From Psychrobacter cryohalolentis K5 (GTDB taxonomy: Bacteria; Pseudomonadota; Gammaproteobacteria; Pseudomonadales; Moraxellaceae), in NCBI RefSeq assembly GCF_000013905.1, contig NC_007969.1, positions 1,770,001-1,802,000 on the forward strand: a stretch of DNA of 32,000 nucleotides. Direction: 5' to 3'. A model generated the notes under the pieces. That model saw only the letters and a list, made by a program, of their open reading frames with translations, made no database searches and was not told the origin of the DNA. This document shows positions 27,249 through 32,000 of the stretch, one piece after another. The stretch's first letter is position 1, and the number at the start of each line of letters is the position of its first letter. The translations under genes and the position numbers were made by a program.

Positions 27249-27905
27249 ATGATCTTTTCTAAGTCTAAAATGACAACTACCCTTCTTTTTCTTTTATCTT
27301 CACCATTTTTGTTGATGGGTTGCCAACAAATTCAAAGTGCAACTAATCAACAAGCTTTACAGACGCAATTGAAGGTTAAGAAAGAAAGTGATGTTGCAAA
27401 GCTACAAAGACTGGCAGAACAAGGCGATGTAAAATCGCAGTTTAATCTTGCCGAGAGATATAGAGAAGGTATAGAAATAAATATAGATTGTGACAAAGCA
27501 ACCTATTGGTACAATAAAGCAGCTAATGAAGGAGATATAGCGGCTCAGTCCAACTTAGGCGTCATGTACAGTCTAGGTTACTGTGTATCTCAAGACTATA
27601 ATAAAGCAGTATATTGGTACACGAAAGCAGCTGATCAAGGAGACGTAGCGGCTCAGTTCACTCTAGGTGACTTATACCACAAAGGTTATGGTGTGCCGCA
27701 AGATTATAATAAAGCAATTTATTGGTACACAAAAGCAGCTAGTCAAGACTATCCATTTGCTCAATATGCTATAGCCACTATGTACGAAAAAGGTCAGGGC
27801 GTACGTCAAGATTATGCTATTGCTAAAGAATGGTATGACAAAGCATGTGATATTGGATTTCAATCATCAGGTTGCGATGAATATAAGACTAATTATAGTA
27901 AATAA
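27249..27905 (+). CDS. Sel1-like repeat (SLR) lipoprotein
   Basis: 218-aa ORF with a lipoprotein signal and lipobox (LLFLLSSPFLLMG|C). Four to five 36-aa Sel1 repeats follow (A.QGD..AQ..LG..Y..G.GV.QDY.KA..WY.KAA). It resembles Helicobacter Hcp-type cysteine-containing SLR proteins. By eye the gene is more AT-rich than its neighbours. Confidence 0.85.
   Translation: MIFSKSKMTTTLLFLLSSPFLLMGCQQIQSATNQQALQTQLKVKKESDVAKLQRLAEQGDVKSQFNLAERYREGIEINIDCDKATYWYNKAANEGDIAAQSNLGVMYSLGYCVSQDYNKAVYWYTKAADQGDVAAQFTLGDLYHKGYGVPQDYNKAIYWYTKAASQDYPFAQYAIATMYEKGQGVRQDYAIAKEWYDKACDIGFQSSGCDEYKTNYSK
27420..27851 (+). repeat. Tandem 108-bp coding repeats (Sel1 units) inside the SLR gene
   Basis: Period-108 DNA similarity is visible. 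Examples are caaggcgatgtaaaatcgcag (27420), gaaggagatatagcggctcag (27528) and the ...gtagcggctcag unit at about 27636. Also aagactataataaagcagtatattggtacacgaaagcagct aligns with aagattataataaagcaatttattggtacacaaaagcagct 108 bp later. Confidence 0.6.
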
Positions 27906-28119
27906 TTTTGAATAGAGAAGAGTTGACTTAGATTAATTTTCCTGAGGTATACCCCAATGGAACCAGCTATTTCACCCTCTAAACCTATTAACAGACCACT
28001 TAAAACAGACTGGTATAATGGAACCACTTATATTAAGGCGTGTTTGATGATTCATAAATAGGTATTACTGACGGTAACGTTATCCAATACTGAGTGACAA
28101 ATCTCGCCAAAGTATCGAC

Positions 28120-29229
28120 TTATACAAGAAGTCTATCAATAAGCGATTTATCGGCCATCTCATTTGCCATGATGAGTGCTTGGTATAGGCTGGTGGCACT
28201 AGCACCGCCACGTCCTGCCAAATCAAGCGCAGTACCGTGATCGACAGAAGTACGAATATAAGGCAGTCCCAAAGTCAAATTGACTGTATCACCAAAGCCA
28301 TGTGACTTGAGTACAGGCAACCCTTGGTCGTGATACATGGCAATCACTGCATCGCAGTTGGCTAAATGTCTCGGCGTGAATAAAGTATCCGCTGGCATCG
28401 CCTCTGATATATCTATCCCAATATTGATAAATTCTTGTAGCACTGGATTGATAATCTCAATCTCCTCAATGCCCAAATGCCCGCCCTCGCCCGCATGCGG
28501 ATTTAGACCGCAAACTAAGATACGCGGCTGCGTCAAGCCAAATTTCTTACACATATCATCGATAACAATTTGCACTGTTTGGCGTACGTTATCGGCAGTG
28601 ATGGCTGCAGGCACGTCTTTTAATGCCAAGTGCGTTGTAACAAGTGCCACCTTCATGGCTTCATTAGCAAGCATCATGACGACTTTATCACAGCCACTTT
28701 GCTGCATAAAAAATTCCGTATGCCCACTAAACATCGTGCCATCTAACAGTTTAATACCAGCATCTATCAATGCAGATTTTTGTAGTGGTCCGGTGACGAT
28801 AGCGGCGACTGTTTTGTTGGCTGCCAGTTTATGCGCTATTTCCAACTGCGTTACCACCATTGCGGAGTTATTGATATCAATTTTCCCACAAGCGACGGGC
28901 GCAGCACAGGGAATATTTAATAAGATAAAAGCATTATCATTATTAATAGCGCCACTGTTAATACTCTGCTGTGACATTTGATTTAAAAAATCATCGTCTT
29001 CTATAATTGCCTCATTTGCATTGATCGTTTTCCAAGGTGGGCAGCTTTTTAGTATGCCTGCAGCAATGAGCTCATCGGCACGTTTTTGCATTGCCGTGCT
29101 ATCTGCTGTGACCCAAACTGGACGATCAAAATCCTGTAACTTACCCTCAGCCGCTAGCAGCAGTACGATATCCATACCAATACCCGCAGGTTCACCAGTC
29201 GTGATTAATAATGGCAATTTTTCTTGCAT
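28120..29229 (-). CDS. pdxA: 4-hydroxythreonine-4-phosphate dehydrogenase
   Basis: 369-aa ORF with the PdxA motifs GEPAGIG, FSGHTEFF, VALVTTHLAL, CGLNPHAGEGGHLG, MYHDQGLPVLK and IRTSVDHGTALDLAGRG. Confidence 0.95.
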   Translation of the reverse strand: MQEKLPLLITTGEPAGIGMDIVLLLAAEGKLQDFDRPVWVTADSTAMQKRADELIAAGILKSCPPWKTINANEAIIEDDDFLNQMSQQSINSGAINNDNAFILLNIPCAAPVACGKIDINNSAMVVTQLEIAHKLAANKTVAAIVTGPLQKSALIDAGIKLLDGTMFSGHTEFFMQQSGCDKVVMMLANEAMKVALVTTHLALKDVPAAITADNVRQTVQIVIDDMCKKFGLTQPRILVCGLNPHAGEGGHLGIEEIEIINPVLQEFINIGIDISEAMPADTLFTPRHLANCDAVIAMYHDQGLPVLKSHGFGDTVNLTLGLPYIRTSVDHGTALDLAGRGGASATSLYQALIMANEMADKSLIDRLLV

Positions 29230-29552
29230 AGCACTAACATCCTATTATTATATTAAGAAGCTGATTCTATTGTATTTTTTATGATAAATGAGCGTATTTT
29301 AAGCTGTGTTATATGCCATGAACTTCATTTCATAGAAGCAGGCATTTTTATAGATAATTACTTATCTGGGCTGAAAAAATCACATAATGTGTTAAACTTT
29401 CGCTTTTGATTGTAGCATTTACTGGCACGCGTGAGATGACGTTTTGGTACTTCTCTCATCGAAATGCATTGCGCTTGCTTTGCTGTATCATTACTAAAAT
29501 AAATACTTACAACAATACCCATCTATACCGACTTTTGAAATATTAGGCACTC

Positions 29553-30956
29553 ATGGCAGATACTGAAAAAACCGACGACTTACTCAATCAAACACCACCG
29601 CACAATATCGATATTGAAAAGGCGCTGCTGGCGTCTTTGATGAGTATCGAAGAGGCATACGATAAGATTGCAGATATCGTTACCAAAGACGATTTTTATG
29701 CTGGGCGACATCAGTATATTTTTGATGCTATTGCGCATTTAGCTGCAGTCAATGAGCCTTATGACACGGTTATGGTACATGATTGGTTAGAGGCACAAAA
29801 GCTGCTAAAAAGCGCAGGCGGCGACAGCTATTTGGCGGATATCTTGAGCCAAAGTCCAGCAACTTTGTTTAACCTGACGGCTTACGCCCAGCGTGTACGC
29901 GAGCTATCTACACTACGTCAGCTGATTACTACCGGCAATGATATGTTGACCCTAGCCTATAATCCCAAAGACCAAACCGTCAGCGATATTTTGGATAACG
30001 TAGAAGCGAAGATATTTAGCATCAATGAGCAGCATAATAAACGTGCAGAGCAGCGTGGACCTGTCGGTATTACTGCCGTATTGACCAATGTCATTGATAA
30101 AATCCAAGAGCTCAAATCAAATCCAGATGGCATGATTGGACTACAAACCCCATTTGTTGAGCTCAATAATAAAACCCAAGGCTTGCAAGCAGGCGATTTA
30201 GTCATTGTGGCTGCGCGTCCATCAATGGGTAAAACCACCTTTGCGATGAACTTAGCAGAAGGGATTTTATTTAATGAAGATTTGCCTGTAGTGGTATTTT
30301 CGATGGAAATGCCCGCAGAATCTATCGTGATGCGTTTGCTATCATCTTGGGGCGCAATCAACCAAACACATCTGCGTTCTGGGCAAATGAATGAAGATGA
30401 ATGGGCAAAAATGATGAACGCCATTCAGCATTTGCAGTCAAAGCATCTATATATTGATGACAGTACTGCCCTGCCACCCTCTGAGCTGCGTTCACGCTGC
30501 CGCCGTATTGCCAAAAATCATGATGGCAAACTTGGCGCTATCATTGTCGATTATCTACAATTAATGAAAGTACCCGGTCTAGATGGCAACCGTGTTGGGG
30601 AAATCTCTGAGATTTCTCGAAGTTTAAAAGCCCTAGCACGTGAGCTTGAATGTCCAGTTATCGCCTTGTCGCAGCTTAACCGTAGTCTAGAAAATCGTCC
30701 TAACAAACGTCCTATTATGTCGGATCTGCGTGAATCTGGTGCGATTGAGCAGGATGCCGACTTGATTATGTTCATCTATCGTGATGAGGTTTATAATGAA
30801 AACTCAGACCACAAAGGTGTGGCTGAAATCATTATTGGTAAGCAGCGTAACGGCCCTATCGGCACCATACGTTTGGGTTTTGAAGGACAATTTACCCGCT
30901 TTATCAATTTGACGCCAGAATACTATCAAAATGTCAGTTTTGAGAACGACGAATAA
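29553..30956 (+). CDS. dnaB: Replicative DNA helicase
   Basis: 467-aa ORF. The N-terminal domain reads PPHNIDIEKALLASLM. Also present are Walker A (ARPSMGKTTFAMN), Walker B (IVDYLQLM), SQLNRSLENR and the C-terminal KQRNGPIG. The length is normal, so there is no intein. Confidence 0.97.
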   Translation: MADTEKTDDLLNQTPPHNIDIEKALLASLMSIEEAYDKIADIVTKDDFYAGRHQYIFDAIAHLAAVNEPYDTVMVHDWLEAQKLLKSAGGDSYLADILSQSPATLFNLTAYAQRVRELSTLRQLITTGNDMLTLAYNPKDQTVSDILDNVEAKIFSINEQHNKRAEQRGPVGITAVLTNVIDKIQELKSNPDGMIGLQTPFVELNNKTQGLQAGDLVIVAARPSMGKTTFAMNLAEGILFNEDLPVVVFSMEMPAESIVMRLLSSWGAINQTHLRSGQMNEDEWAKMMNAIQHLQSKHLYIDDSTALPPSELRSRCRRIAKNHDGKLGAIIVDYLQLMKVPGLDGNRVGEISEISRSLKALARELECPVIALSQLNRSLENRPNKRPIMSDLRESGAIEQDADLIMFIYRDEVYNENSDHKGVAEIIIGKQRNGPIGTIRLGFEGQFTRFINLTPEYYQNVSFENDE

Positions 30957-31000
30957 TAAAACTGACAGATAATTACTCATCAAAATTGCTCATAAAAATG

Positions 31001-31040
31001 GCCAGTGACTCATCAACTCAATTGATGAATTACTGGCTTT
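31001..31040 (+). terminator. Hairpin / weak terminator downstream of dnaB
   Basis: Inverted repeat gccagtgactcatcaa (31001-31016) paired with ttgatgaattactggc (31022-31037). The stem is 6 + 7 bp with a 3-nt internal mismatch, followed by tttataaattt. The T-tract is poor, so the terminator call is tentative. Confidence 0.4.
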
Positions 31041-31083
31041 ATAAATTTATTCCTTCATAACTTTGCTAAATAAGAAGCTTATT

Positions 31084-32000
31084 ATGCGCACAATTACGAT
31101 CAAGCCTGCCGCCATTACTCATAATCTTAATCAAGTAAAAGCGTTAGCACCAAAATCTAACGTCCTTGCGATGGTAAAAGCCAATGCCTATGGACATGGC
31201 GTCGCCGCCGTCCTACCAGCGTTACAGCAAGCAGATGGTATCGGGGTCGCTACTTTAAGAGAAGCGTTAGAAGCACGGCAATTGGGCTGGGATAAAACCA
31301 TTGGTCTTATTGAAGGGGCCTTTACTGTTGATGAGTGGCAACAAGCCATTGAGCATGATATCAGTTGCGTGATTCATCATGCGCCGCAATTGGACTGGGC
31401 ATTAGAGCAAATACCACCTGTTGATAGCGCCACTAGAATGGTTTGGATAAAGTACAACACGGGTATGAATCGTTTAGGTTTTAATAACCAAACGCTTAGT
31501 TCAGCCGCAAAATCTCTGCATGATGCTGGCTATCAGCTGATTTTGACCACCCATTTTGCCAATGCCGACAATCAAGATCACCCATTAAATGCCATACAAA
31601 TCCAGCGTTTTAATGACATGCTAAGTACTTTACGACAAACAGTCAGTACTAATATTAAAGGATCGTTGTGCAACTCTGCTGGTATCGTTAATTTCCCAGA
31701 GCATCATCATGATTGGGTACGTCCAGGCATTATGTTATATGGCAGTGCGCCTGTTATCGACCAAAGCGCGTATACGCTAAATTTGCAGCCAGCTATGGAA
31801 TTTAGCGCACAAATTATTGCCTTGCAGACCGTACAAGCTGGCGACGCCATCGGTTATGGCAGCCGCTGGATAGCCCAGCAAGATGTTAAAACAGCTCTCG
31901 TTAGTATTGGTTATGGTGATGGATATCCCCGCGTTGTCAATGGGGATGCTTATGTTTCAGTCATTGACGCCGTAAATCAGCAACGCTACTCATGTGCAGT
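31084..32000 (+). CDS. alr: Alanine racemase, 5' part (continues beyond the window)
   Basis: The ATG at 31084 opens a frame that runs to the window end. The translation MRTITIKPAAITHNLNQVKALAPKSNVLAMVKANAYGHG contains the PLP-lysine motif VKANAYGHG. The dnaB-alr adjacency is conserved in many gammaproteobacteria. Confidence 0.92.
   Translation, partial: MRTITIKPAAITHNLNQVKALAPKSNVLAMVKANAYGHGVAAVLPALQQADGIGVATLREALEARQLGWDKTIGLIEGAFTVDEWQQAIEHDISCVIHHAPQLDWALEQIPPVDSATRMVWIKYNTGMNRLGFNNQTLSSAAKSLHDAGYQLILTTHFANADNQDHPLNAIQIQRFNDMLSTLRQTVSTNIKGSLCNSAGIVNFPEHHHDWVRPGIMLYGSAPVIDQSAYTLNLQPAMEFSAQIIALQTVQAGDAIGYGSRWIAQQDVKTALVSIGYGDGYPRVVNGDAYVSVIDAVNQQRYSCA

Noticed and set aside
28078-28090. 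DnaA-box-like TTATCCAAT near pdxA/dnaB
   Set aside because: It is a single 7-of-9 match with no cluster of boxes or AT-rich unwinding element nearby. Proximity to dnaB is not evidence of an origin.
28337-28981. 214-aa plus-strand ORF antisense to pdxA. Similar antisense or shadow ORFs occur in glnA (1652-2215), trpD (4648-5364), dnaB (29957-30775), the Gcr-like gene and others
   Set aside because: All lie wholly within strongly supported genes on the opposite strand or in another frame. Their products are low in complexity and Ser/Cys/Leu-rich with no recognisable motifs, and they lack ribosome-binding sites. These are typical shadow ORFs.
1-32000. Searched for CRISPR arrays, IS elements or transposases, integrases, phage genes, toxin-antitoxin pairs, restriction-modification or other defence modules, rRNA genes, and a dnaB intein
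   Set aside because: None was found. No regularly spaced direct repeats, no terminal inverted repeats flanking an ORF and no recombinase or nuclease-type ORFs beyond the housekeeping Smr and glycosylase genes are present. DnaB is of normal length.

Overview
This window looks like core chromosome from a moderately AT-rich gammaproteobacterium. Gene content, gene order and protein sequences suggest Moraxellaceae, possibly Psychrobacter, but that is inference and not verified. I support 23 protein-coding genes, two of them truncated by the window edges. In order they are: a SIMPL/DUF541 protein 3' end, a DUF4124 protein, glnA, trpG-trpD-trpC, an Smr-domain protein and an HhH-GPD 3-methyladenine glycosylase. 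Next come an MscS-family channel, a TonB-dependent receptor, ahcY-metF behind an SAH riboswitch, rsmE and a PAS-GGDEF(degenerate)-EAL protein. These are followed by two tandem long acyl-CoA dehydrogenase paralogues and a large membrane protein of the family usually labelled 'site-specific recombinase' (Gcr-like). The window ends with apaH, rsmA, a Sel1-repeat lipoprotein, pdxA, dnaB and the 5' part of alr. I found no rRNA, canonical tRNA, CRISPR array, IS element, integrase, phage gene or recognisable defence or toxin system. The best-supported non-coding features are an SAH riboswitch upstream of ahcY, a near-consensus sigma-54 promoter with NtrC-like sites upstream of glnA, and several rho-independent terminators. 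The only accessory-looking locus is the ~1.37 kb segment at 26754-28119. It splits the normally contiguous pdxA-rsmA pair and carries an opposite-strand, more AT-rich Sel1-repeat lipoprotein gene. It also carries an ~80-nt structured element with tRNA-like acceptor/T-arm features and mutually exclusive helices. I do not see convincing evidence for a novel multi-gene system. The findings below are modest oddities with explicit tests.
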